Position numbers and translations under genes: made by a program. Positions 19,833 to 28,256 of a stretch of 64,000 nt of DNA are shown here, in pieces. The notes under the pieces were generated by a model that saw only the letters and a program-made list of their open reading frames with translations, searched no databases and was not told the origin of the DNA. How positions within the stretch are numbered: the stretch's first letter is position 1; each line of letters opens with the position of its first letter. Source of the stretch: Candidatus Latescibacterota bacterium (GTDB lineage: Bacteria; Latescibacterota; UBA2968; UBA8231); NCBI GenBank assembly GCA_965248355.1, contig OZ252098.1, positions 640,001 to 704,000 on the forward strand, written 5' to 3'.

Positions 19833-20732
19833 ATGGACATGGACAAGGTGGGTTTCATCGGTCTGGGTTCCATGGGCCGGAGGATGGTGGCCAACCTGGC
19901 GGGCGCCGGGGAGGAGCTTCTCGTCTTCGACATCGACGCCGCGGCCTGCGAGGCGGTGAAGGGCCCCGGCGTCACGCCGGCGGAGAATGTGGCCTCCGTG
20001 GGGCGGGGCTGCAACCGCGTCCTGTTGTCCCTGCCGGACGGCGCCGCGGTGGAGGACGTGATCTTCGGAGCCGGCGGCCTGGCGGAGTCCCTGGCTCCCG
20101 GGTCGATCGTCGTCGACTGCAGCACCTGCCACCCCGAGGCGGCCCGGTCCATGGAGGCCCGGCTGCGGGGGCAGGGGATCCGGTTCCTCGACGCGCCGGT
20201 CACCGGTCTGGAGGACCGGGCCGCCGAGGGCACTCTGACGATCATGGTGGGAGGGGACGAGGCGGCCTTCGAGGAAGTGAAGCCTTTGCTGGAGCGGATC
20301 GGCAGCCTCGTGGTGCACATGGGCGCCCCGGGCCACGGCCAGTTGACCAAGATGGCCAACAACGTGCTATACAACATCTCCGTGGCCGCCATGGCCGAGA
20401 TGCTGCCCCTGACGGCGAGCCTTGGCCTCGACCCGGACAAGCTCCGCCGCGTCGTGGCCACCGGCTCGGGACAGAGCTTCGGCTTCGACTACTTCGCCGG
20501 CCGCGTCCTGCAGGGCCGCTTCGACGAGGGCTACCCCATGGGCGCCGCCTTCAAGGACATGGTGACCCTCATGGAGCGCGCCAACGAGCAGCGCGCCCCC
20601 ATGCCCGTGGCCTCGGCGGCGATGCAGACCTACCGCCAGGCCCTGGCCGAGGGCTACGGCGATGAGGCCAAGGGAGCGATGATCAAGGTCTGGGAGCGGG
20701 TCATGGGGATCAGGGTGAGGAGGGAGGGCTGA
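19833..20732 (+). CDS. Beta-hydroxyacid dehydrogenase (3-hydroxyisobutyrate dehydrogenase family)
   Basis: 'GFIGLGSMG', 'FLDAPVTG', 'GTLTIMVGG', 'TKMANN'. Confidence 0.9.
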   Translation: MDMDKVGFIGLGSMGRRMVANLAGAGEELLVFDIDAAACEAVKGPGVTPAENVASVGRGCNRVLLSLPDGAAVEDVIFGAGGLAESLAPGSIVVDCSTCHPEAARSMEARLRGQGIRFLDAPVTGLEDRAAEGTLTIMVGGDEAAFEEVKPLLERIGSLVVHMGAPGHGQLTKMANNVLYNISVAAMAEMLPLTASLGLDPDKLRRVVATGSGQSFGFDYFAGRVLQGRFDEGYPMGAAFKDMVTLMERANEQRAPMPVASAAMQTYRQALAEGYGDEAKGAMIKVWERVMGIRVRREG

Positions 20733-20802
20733 GGAGGTGCGAGCCTCCGGTGGAGCCGGGGGCCGGACGTGGACAGGTGAAGCATCACTCCAGAGTGCAC
20801 GA

Positions 20803-22354
20803 TTAACGGCTCGATAAACGCGCCGATTCTAGTTCGGCTAGACCTCCTCGGTAGCCTGCTAAGTACAATCCAAAGGGATGCGAGTGAAGGCGTCTACTCT
20901 CTACATTCCATCCAACCTCAAGCAGATCAGAAACAGCGAATACAAATTCCAGGGTTTGAGTAAGGAACACCAGTACCCCTGGCTTGTCATAGTCTACCTT
21001 TCGATGAACTCCATGAACGTAGTGGTTTCGACAATTCACCGCTTCGTCTGTCACTTCAGAGAGGGATGGTAGGTCCCACTTGCTCAGATCCAGGATCCGT
21101 TGTGATCGGTATTGGATCTTCTTCTTTAGAGTCAGGGCTCCAAGACGGTGGAGATCGCTCAACACAGTGCTCGTTTCAACACCGTCCGGCAGTTTTCTCA
21201 GTATATTCTTGCATTGGTCCCGAATACCCTTGACATCTTGCGTCAGTTCGGGGCAAGGCAATGTCTGGCAGGACATCAAACATGTTTGCGGCACTTACAA
21301 GACGATTGGGGTCATAGCCCGATTGTCGAAAATTAGAGAAGAACTGTGCTCGTGCGCTCCGCCAAGATGGATTCCTCTCAATCCACCTATTGAGTATACC
21401 TGAGAATTCTCCTGAGCTTCTCGCAATAGTGACGAGCGCATCCCGATAGTTCAGCCCGCCTCCCTCATGAGGGTTTCTCTCGTACTGCGGGGCACCGCAA
21501 GCATACACCCGAAAGGACTCTGTGGAAGCCTCTTGGTCCTTGAGCCTGAATCTTATACCCGTCAAATTCTGCGGACGACCTGCAATCAATTCAAGAAATC
21601 CTATCACCGTGTACATCCTCTCAATGGCCTCTTCAAAGCAGACTGGGCTCGCGAACTCAACTCTTAGCCACACCTTGTTCCTTATGGAGACCCCTTCAGG
21701 ATCTCCCAGAGAACTGCTTGTGCTTCGATAGGCTGCGACCTTACCGATTGAGGTGTCCGTGGAAAAGACCTCCCACTTGCCAGTGAAATAGGCAATCTGT
21801 GGATCAGGGCCTATCTCAGTTTCTCGAAGAGCACTCTCTGGATCCTCTACTGAATGACCTTCGGGTTTCTCGGTGTATTTCATAATCTGTTCTTTCTGGC
21901 GTTGTACAACCTGCTCGATGAGCTCACGGGCATCAATGAGTTGGCCGAAGACTTCGGAATCAAAGAAGAGTGCATTCCCGTCATCAATGCTGAATTCAAT
22001 CCTGTCGATTGTCTCTTCGGCTGGCGATAGAATCTGTTCGCCAAAGATGATGTAATGAGGAAATATGCTCGCATGGTAGACGCTCTCCGAATGCGAACGC
22101 CGCCAACGATGCCCAGGGCCCTCCCTCATCGTGCATTGAATCAATGAAACCCTTGTTAGATCATCGAGATCACCCCATATGACGTCGCTACCTCTACTCC
22201 TACAGGAAAGTCCCGTACCAATACCCCACAGATTCTGGTCAAAACTCCATACATACAGAGAACTCTGAAGACCTGCAAGTGTAAGTTCACCAGTAATCTG
22301 TCGATCAGCAATCGTAAACCTGCCCAGATATTTGGACTTGTCAAAGCCTTCCAT
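20803..22354 (-). pseudogene. apeA: ApeA-type HEPN anti-phage RNase, frameshifted near 21250, in an AT-richer islet
   Basis: ApeA-NTD-like N-terminus, 'RLVSAANMFDVLP', HEPN RxxxxH in 'NCRNHYVHG'; two overlapping ORFs 21176-22357 and 20803-21294; visibly lower GC. Confidence 0.75.
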
Positions 22355-22424
22355 CAATAGCCTCTCCCTTTGATTCTGGCCTTGTCCGTGAGGCCACTGG
22401 CCGGATCTCTTGATTTCACTTCCC

Positions 22425-23459
22425 TCAACGCCACCGCTCCTCGAAGACCGAGATCGCCGTCTGCGAGACCAGCATGGAGGTGCTCACCCGCTCCTCGTAG
22501 CCGCCCGCCATCTTCATCCCCGTCTCGATGGTGAAGGACGGTCCGTAGAGGCTCGCCCCGTAGTCGGCCAGGTTCAGGCCCTCTCCCCGCTGCTGGGCGA
22601 TCAGCCAGACCACGCCGCGCTCCTGGACCTCGAAGAAGGGGCCGGGCATGTACCCGAGGGGGGCCAGCTCGACGCCTGAGTCGGCCACCGCCCGGATCAT
22701 GGTGTCGGCCATCTTCTGCTCCCAGCTCTCGTCCTCTTCGGTGCGCTGGTGGCGGGCGGAGAACCAGAAGCCGTCGCCGCCGTACTCGTGTAGATCCAGG
22801 GTCAGGCCGGGCTGGATGCGGGCCATCAGGTCGCGGGTGCAGCGTGACTCCACCGGAGCCCAGGGGGTGTCGTGGAACCGGTTGATGTGCAGGACCTCGC
22901 CTTCCGGAGTCACGATCAGGGAATAGGCCCTCTGGCAGGGGGCCGTGCCTTCGCCCTCGTCGCCGGAGGGAAAGAAGATGCGACGGCCGAAGAGGGGCTT
23001 CAGGAAATCGGCGCCGACCTCGAACCGCCCCAGCAGTCCCCTCGTCGAGTAGCCGTACTCCCCCACGATGGCGAGCACCGTATCGTCCTCCTCGTACAAC
23101 ACCTCGCCGCGGGCCTTCAGGGCATCTCTCACGTCGGCCGCCGAGTTCAGCTCGGGCACCTCGTCCAGGCTCAGGCTCAGAGCGTAGGCATACCCGTTCA
23201 TCCCCATGGGGTCCCTGCTGGGGAAGACGTAGACCTGGTGCTCCGTGTCGAGGGACTCCACGAGTCCCATGGCGGCGCCGACGCCGGCCTGCTCGGTGGA
23301 GTGGCTGCCGGCGCTGATGAAGATGGCCGGGGTCTTGTCGCCGCCGGTGCGCAGACAGATCAGCGGCGACCCGTCCGGGGCAAATCCCAGCACCTCCGAG
23401 GAGCATCCCTTCTCCTCCACCCACTGCAACAGATCCGCATACCGATCGAAAATCCGCAT
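22425..23459 (-). CDS. M14 zinc carboxypeptidase/deacylase family protein
   Basis: HxxE 'GSHSTE', 'INRF', 'LDLHEY', 'TIETG'. Confidence 0.8.
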   Translation of the reverse strand: MRIFDRYADLLQWVEEKGCSSEVLGFAPDGSPLICLRTGGDKTPAIFISAGSHSTEQAGVGAAMGLVESLDTEHQVYVFPSRDPMGMNGYAYALSLSLDEVPELNSAADVRDALKARGEVLYEEDDTVLAIVGEYGYSTRGLLGRFEVGADFLKPLFGRRIFFPSGDEGEGTAPCQRAYSLIVTPEGEVLHINRFHDTPWAPVESRCTRDLMARIQPGLTLDLHEYGGDGFWFSARHQRTEEDESWEQKMADTMIRAVADSGVELAPLGYMPGPFFEVQERGVVWLIAQQRGEGLNLADYGASLYGPSFTIETGMKMAGGYEERVSTSMLVSQTAISVFEERWR

Positions 23460-23484
23460 TTCATGCTCTCCGTCGTTTCCTGTT

Positions 23485-23537
23485 GATGGGGCCCCATCGA
23501 GCGGCCCCAAGCTGAGGGCTCCATGGTAGAGTGTCAA
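23485..23537 (-). promoter_or_regulatory. Promoter and 14-bp palindrome upstream of the M14 gene
   Basis: Minus strand TTGACA(23537-23532)-N17-CAGCTT; palindrome GATGGGGCCCCATC at 23485-23498. Confidence 0.5.
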
Positions 23538-23582
23538 TGCGGCCGGGCCTGGAGCTTGGAGAAGCGCCGTTGTTGCCGGCGC

Positions 23583-24644
23583 CTACCACGGGACCTGGAT
23601 CCCGACGCGTTCGGCGACCTCGGCGATGAGCCGGCAGCTCTCCTCGGGCAGGGGGATGCCCTCCCGCCGGCGGGCCCTCAGGGTGCGGAACTCGCGCTCC
23701 CCCGGCATCTGCACCTCATCGAATCCGGGGGCCGGGGCCGAACCGCGCACGTAGTCGCGCAACTGGCCGGTCAGCTCCCGGAAGCGGTCCCCGGAGCCGC
23801 TCAGGGCACCCGGGTCGATGGCGAGGATGCCGAAGCCGTTGATGTAGCGGCCGTCGTCGGCCTCGGCCAGAGGCTCGCCGGCGATCGTCGCCCCGAGGAC
23901 CTCCACCAGCAGGCCGAGGCCGAAGCCGCGGTACCCGAGGTCGCCGCCGAAGGGCAGGATGGCGCCGGCGGGCGGTCCCTCGCCGGGGCCGTAGAAGTCG
24001 GCCGGGTCGACGCTGGGCCGGCCGTCTCCGTCGAGGATGCGGCCCTCGGGAAGCCGCTCTCCGGCGTGCAGGGCGGTGCGGATGCGGCCCTCCGGGATCA
24101 TGCTCGTCGACATGTCGAGCACCAGGGGATCGCCTCCGGTGGGGGCCGCCCAGGCCAGGGGGTTGGTGGCCAGGCGGCCCTCCCGTCCGCCCCAGGGCAC
24201 GACGAAGTGGCCGTGTCTGTGGCTGTTGGCCACGGCCAGGCCGAAGAGACCGGCCTCGGCCAGCTTCTGGGGATAGGCGCCGAGACGGCCCACGTGGTGG
24301 CAGCGGCGGCTGACGGCGAAGGCGATCCCCCCGGACCGGGCGCCCTCGCTCACGAGATCGGTCATGTGGTGGGCGCCCACCTGGCCGAAGTTCATGCCGC
24401 AGTCGACGACCGCCACGGCGCCAGGGTCGCCCACCACCCGAGCCTGCGCGCCGGGCCGGATCGTGCCGTCGAGGCAGTGCTCGACGTACATCACGTAGCG
24501 CACGACGCCGTGGGAGTCGATGCCCATGAGGCTGGCTTCCACGAGGTGATCGGCCACGAGGACGGCCTCGTCGGCGGGGGCGCCGCAGGCCTGGAACAAC
24601 TCGACGCCGAGATCGCGCAGGGCCTGCGCGGGGAGGAACTTCAC
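23583..24644 (-). CDS. Ldh_2 (type 2 malate/L-lactate dehydrogenase) family oxidoreductase
   Basis: 'GIDSHGV', 'HHVGRLGAY', 'ATNPLAW', 'LDMSTS', 'YRGFGL'; GTGA-coupled to the aldolase. Confidence 0.9.
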   Translation of the reverse strand: MKFLPAQALRDLGVELFQACGAPADEAVLVADHLVEASLMGIDSHGVVRYVMYVEHCLDGTIRPGAQARVVGDPGAVAVVDCGMNFGQVGAHHMTDLVSEGARSGGIAFAVSRRCHHVGRLGAYPQKLAEAGLFGLAVANSHRHGHFVVPWGGREGRLATNPLAWAAPTGGDPLVLDMSTSMIPEGRIRTALHAGERLPEGRILDGDGRPSVDPADFYGPGEGPPAGAILPFGGDLGYRGFGLGLLVEVLGATIAGEPLAEADDGRYINGFGILAIDPGALSGSGDRFRELTGQLRDYVRGSAPAPGFDEVQMPGEREFRTLRARRREGIPLPEESCRLIAEVAERVGIQVPW

Positions 24645-25420
24645 GCCAGCCGCTGGCGGACCGTCTTGACCGTGTCGGCCACGGCCAGCATCAGGTGGGG
24701 GATGTCGCCGCCGATCTGCAGCCACTGAACGCCGCGCCGCGCCTGGACCGCGGCGTACTCCAGGTCCACGGGCATGCCCGAGCCCACCGGCAGGCCCCGG
24801 GCGGAGGCCGCGGCGATGACGCGCTCCATGGCGGCCACCACGTCGGGGTGCTCCACCTGCCCGAGGAGGCCGAGGGATCCGGACAGGTCGTTGGGGCCGA
24901 GGACCACCGAGTCGAGACCGGGCACGGCGACGATCTCGTCGATCGCCTCCACCGCCTCGACGCGCTCGATCATGACCGAGACGAAGAGGCTGCGGTCCGC
25001 CAGTTCCGGGTACTCCGGACCTCCCAGGCGGCCGTAGTCGGAGGCCACGAGGGGGCCGAAGCCCCGGCGTCCGCCGGGCGGGTAGCGGCAGTCGGCGACG
25101 ACCGACTCGACCTCGGCGGCGGAAGCGACTTGGGGGACGACGATGCCGGGAGCCCCGGCGTCGAGGACCGGCTTGATGGAGACCGTGTCGGAGCCCGGCA
25201 CGCGCACGAGGACGGCCCGGCGGCGACCCCGCGCCACCATCAGGTGGGTGCGCATCGCCTCCGGCCCCATGGCGGAGTGCTCCAGGTCGATCCACAGGAA
25301 GTCGACGGACTCGGCCAGGGCCTCGCAGACCTGGGGATCGGTGAGGGTCAGGGTGGTGCCCACCAGGGTCTCGCCGGCCCGCAGCCGGCGGCGGAAGTCG
25401 TCGATGCCGTCGAAGATCAC
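24641..25420 (-). CDS. HpcH/HpaI class II aldolase
   Basis: 'WIDLEHS', 'LVRVP', 'VLDAGA', 'RYPPGGRRG', 'MIE', 'GPNDLS'. Confidence 0.9.
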   Translation of the reverse strand: MIFDGIDDFRRRLRAGETLVGTTLTLTDPQVCEALAESVDFLWIDLEHSAMGPEAMRTHLMVARGRRRAVLVRVPGSDTVSIKPVLDAGAPGIVVPQVASAAEVESVVADCRYPPGGRRGFGPLVASDYGRLGGPEYPELADRSLFVSVMIERVEAVEAIDEIVAVPGLDSVVLGPNDLSGSLGLLGQVEHPDVVAAMERVIAAASARGLPVGSGMPVDLEYAAVQARRGVQWLQIGGDIPHLMLAVADTVKTVRQRLA

Positions 25421-25561
25421 GGCGCCAATGGTAGCCCGCTCGCCCAGAGCGGGCCAACCTCGTCTCAGGGCGGGTTCGGCATGGCGATATTCCCGCCAAA
25501 CCGTTATGGTGAATGCACGGTGAAAGCACGTGGACTCGTGCACGGACAGGGAGAGGCAGTC

Positions 25562-26404
25562 ATGGGGAGAAACACGGCGTTGGTCCTTCTGCTTGTCGTG
25601 TTTCCGCTCATGTGCTTCGGTGGGGAGGGACCCGTTCTGCCGCCGCTCGAGGTCCCGGTGCTGACGGATGTAGATGCCATCCAGCTGGACGGTGACCTGA
25701 CGGATTGGCGGCAGGTCATCGGTCCGCCTCTGCTCACGACATATGACATGTGGAGGGACGTCACCGAGGGAGACGGCACCAGGAATGGCCAGTTGGATTA
25801 CCGGCTTGAGGTCTGGATTGCCGTCCTGCCACCGGATCGTGTCCTCCTCGCCTTCGAGAGACGGGACACGGCGGTCTCCGATCAGGTGGTCGATACTTGG
25901 CGCGACGGCCAGTTCGAGTTCATGGTCGAGGTGGATCCGCAGGAGGTCGCCTCCGACGCGGCCACGGCGCAGCGAGTCGAGGTGCTTCCATTTGCGGAGG
26001 GCGGCCTCTCGGTCCGCTACACCGGAGCCGTGGGCGCGTGGCGCAACCGCACCGAGTACCTCCACGGGGTGACCGACTCGGACCCACCCAAGGCGAATCG
26101 CGAGATCGAGACGCGCGTGGAGGTGTCGCTCACCGTGTTCGACGTGGTAAGCGACGTGGGCCTCCAGGAGAGCGTTCGATCGGCCCTGAAGGTCGGTGAT
26201 GTCATCACCCTGGGTGTGATAGGCGTCGATGTCGATCCTTGTGACTGGTGCGTCGCGGTCGTCACCTATCCAGCCACTCTCGCCAGGGACTTGCGCAAGG
26301 ACGCCGGTGGCTTCGGCACCGCGATCCTGACCGGTCTGGAGCCGCCACGTACGGTTGTGTCGCCTTCGGGATGGGGCTCCGTCAAACGACTCTGGCGATG
26401 GTAG
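25562..26404 (+). CDS. Secreted protein, tandem paralogue 1 (CBM9/DOMON-like start, WGxxK tail)
   Basis: Signal peptide; 'IQLDGDLTDW'; C-terminus 'TVVSPSGWGSVKRLWRW'. Confidence 0.8.
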   Translation: MGRNTALVLLLVVFPLMCFGGEGPVLPPLEVPVLTDVDAIQLDGDLTDWRQVIGPPLLTTYDMWRDVTEGDGTRNGQLDYRLEVWIAVLPPDRVLLAFERRDTAVSDQVVDTWRDGQFEFMVEVDPQEVASDAATAQRVEVLPFAEGGLSVRYTGAVGAWRNRTEYLHGVTDSDPPKANREIETRVEVSLTVFDVVSDVGLQESVRSALKVGDVITLGVIGVDVDPCDWCVAVVTYPATLARDLRKDAGGFGTAILTGLEPPRTVVSPSGWGSVKRLWRW

Positions 26405-26450
26405 CGGTCGGGCGACGCTGGACACGTAACAGGCCGCAGAGAGGCGTGCC

Positions 26451-27287
26451 ATGCTGAGAGCGATAGCCCTTGTCCTGCTGTTCGCCGCCCTTCCAGGGAT
26501 CTGCTCGGCCGGGGGCCCTCCGGTCCTGCCACCGCTCGAGATCCCGGTGCTGACGGACGCCGATGCCATCCAGTTGGACGGTGACCTGACGGACTGGCGG
26601 CAGGCCATCGGGCCGCCGACGCTCGCGCCGATCGACATGTGGCGGGACGTCACCGAGGGCGATGGCATGAGGGACCTGGTGGATTACCAGCTTGAAGTCT
26701 GGATTGCCGTGCTGCCGCCGGATCGCGTGCTCCTCGCCTTTGAGAGACGGGACACGGAGATTTCCGATCAGGTCGTCGATGGATGGCGAGATGGCGAGTT
26801 CGAGTTCATGGCGGAGGTGGCTCCGCAGGAGGTCGCCTCGGACGCGGCCACGGCGCAGCGAGTCGAGGTGCTTCCCTTCGCGGAGGATGGCCTCTCGGTC
26901 CGCTACATCGGAGACGTAGGCGCGTGGCGGAACACGACGGAGTTCATCCACGGGGTGACCGACTCGGACCCACCCAAGAATCGCGAGATCGCGACGCGCG
27001 TGGAGGTGTCGCTCACCGTGTTCGACGTGGTAAGCGACGTGGGGCTCCAGGAGAGCGTTCGATCGGCCCTGGAGGTCGGTGATGTCATCACGTTGGGTGT
27101 GATAGGCGTAGATGTCGATCCTTGTGACTGGTGCGTCGCGGTCGTCACCTATCCAGCCACTCTCGCCAGGGATTTGCGCAAGGACGCCAGCGGTTTCGGC
27201 ACCGCGATCCTGACCCGTCTCGAGCCGCCTCCGACGGCGGTGCTGCCCTCGGGATGGGGCCCGCTCAAGCGGCTCATGAGATGGTAG
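26451..27287 (+). CDS. Secreted protein, tandem paralogue 2
   Basis: Signal peptide; highly similar to paralogue 1; C-terminus 'TAVLPSGWGPLKRLMRW'. Confidence 0.82.
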   Translation: MLRAIALVLLFAALPGICSAGGPPVLPPLEIPVLTDADAIQLDGDLTDWRQAIGPPTLAPIDMWRDVTEGDGMRDLVDYQLEVWIAVLPPDRVLLAFERRDTEISDQVVDGWRDGEFEFMAEVAPQEVASDAATAQRVEVLPFAEDGLSVRYIGDVGAWRNTTEFIHGVTDSDPPKNREIATRVEVSLTVFDVVSDVGLQESVRSALEVGDVITLGVIGVDVDPCDWCVAVVTYPATLARDLRKDASGFGTAILTRLEPPPTAVLPSGWGPLKRLMRW

Positions 27288-27339
27288 TGTCCGGCTGTCG
27301 TTCCACGCGCTTGCTGATCGCCGACCTGACAGGCTCGCC

Positions 27340-28173
27340 ATGCTGAGAGCGATAGCCCTTGTCCTGCTGTTCGCCGCCCTTCCAGGGATCTGCTCGGCCG
27401 GGGGCCCTCCGGTCCTGGCACCGCTCGAGATCCCGGTGCTGACGGATGTAGATGCCATACAGGTGGACGGTGCCCTGACGGATTGGCGGCAGGTCGTCGG
27501 TCCGCCGATCCTGACGGTAGCCGACACGTGGACTGACCCCAGCGAGTCCACCTCTGCGTTCTGCCCGCAGCTTTTCTGGATCGAGATCTGGATTGCCGTG
27601 CTGCCGCCGGATCGCGTGCTCGTCGCCTTCGAGCGAATCGATCATGTGATCTCCGATCGGCCCTTCGACATCTGGCACGACGGCCAGTTCGAGTTCATGG
27701 TCGAGGTGGCTCCGCAGGAGGTCGCCGCGGACGCGGCCACGGCGCAGCGAGTCGAGGTGCTTCCCTTCGCCGAGGACGGTCTCTCGATCCGCTACACCGG
27801 AGCGGTGGGCGCGTGGCGGAACACGGCGGAGTTCATCCACGGAGTGGCTGCTCTGGACCCGGATGAGAAGGTGACGGGCGTCGAGTTGTCGCTCACGGTT
27901 TTCGACGTGGTGAGCGATGCGGGCCCCGGGGAGAGCGTACGCTCCGACCTGAGGATCGGTGACACCATCACCCTGGCCGTGCTCGCCGCCGACAACAATG
28001 GCGATGGACGTTCGAGCTGCTACAGTGTCATCAACTATCCCCCTGCCGGGGCCAGGCGTCTGCAGGAGGACGCCAGCGGTTTCGCGCCGGCGGTGCTGGT
28101 CGGTCTGGAGCCAAGAGACACCCAGGCGACCCCCGCGGGATGGGGGCAGATCAAGCACCCCCTGTCGCGCTGA
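27340..28173 (+). CDS. Secreted protein, tandem paralogue 3
   Basis: 5' end nearly identical to paralogue 2; C-terminus 'TQATPAGWGQIKHPLSR'. Confidence 0.82.
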   Translation: MLRAIALVLLFAALPGICSAGGPPVLAPLEIPVLTDVDAIQVDGALTDWRQVVGPPILTVADTWTDPSESTSAFCPQLFWIEIWIAVLPPDRVLVAFERIDHVISDRPFDIWHDGQFEFMVEVAPQEVAADAATAQRVEVLPFAEDGLSIRYTGAVGAWRNTAEFIHGVAALDPDEKVTGVELSLTVFDVVSDAGPGESVRSDLRIGDTITLAVLAADNNGDGRSSCYSVINYPPAGARRLQEDASGFAPAVLVGLEPRDTQATPAGWGQIKHPLSR

Positions 28174-28256
28174 TGGACGGGTGCCGCGGCGGGAAGACCG
28201 CGGCGCCGGTGCAGCCCTCGCCCAGCCTCCCGCCAACATCCTATACTACGCCCCCC

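Larger units (their letters stand above)
25562..28173 (+). repeat. Tandem triplication, ~0.89 kb period
   Basis: Starts at 25562, 26451, 27340 are each 889 nt apart; 26448-26557 vs 27337-27446 differ at one base; 26111-26332 vs 26994-27215 nearly identical. Confidence 0.95.

Noticed and set aside
20760..22425. ApeA gene as an integron cassette
   Set aside because: No RYYYAAC/GTTRRRY attC arrangement after the stop and no integrase.
25562..28173. Diversity-generating retroelement behind the paralogue variation
   Set aside because: No reverse transcriptase in the window, all repeats are full genes, and differences are not adenine-specific.
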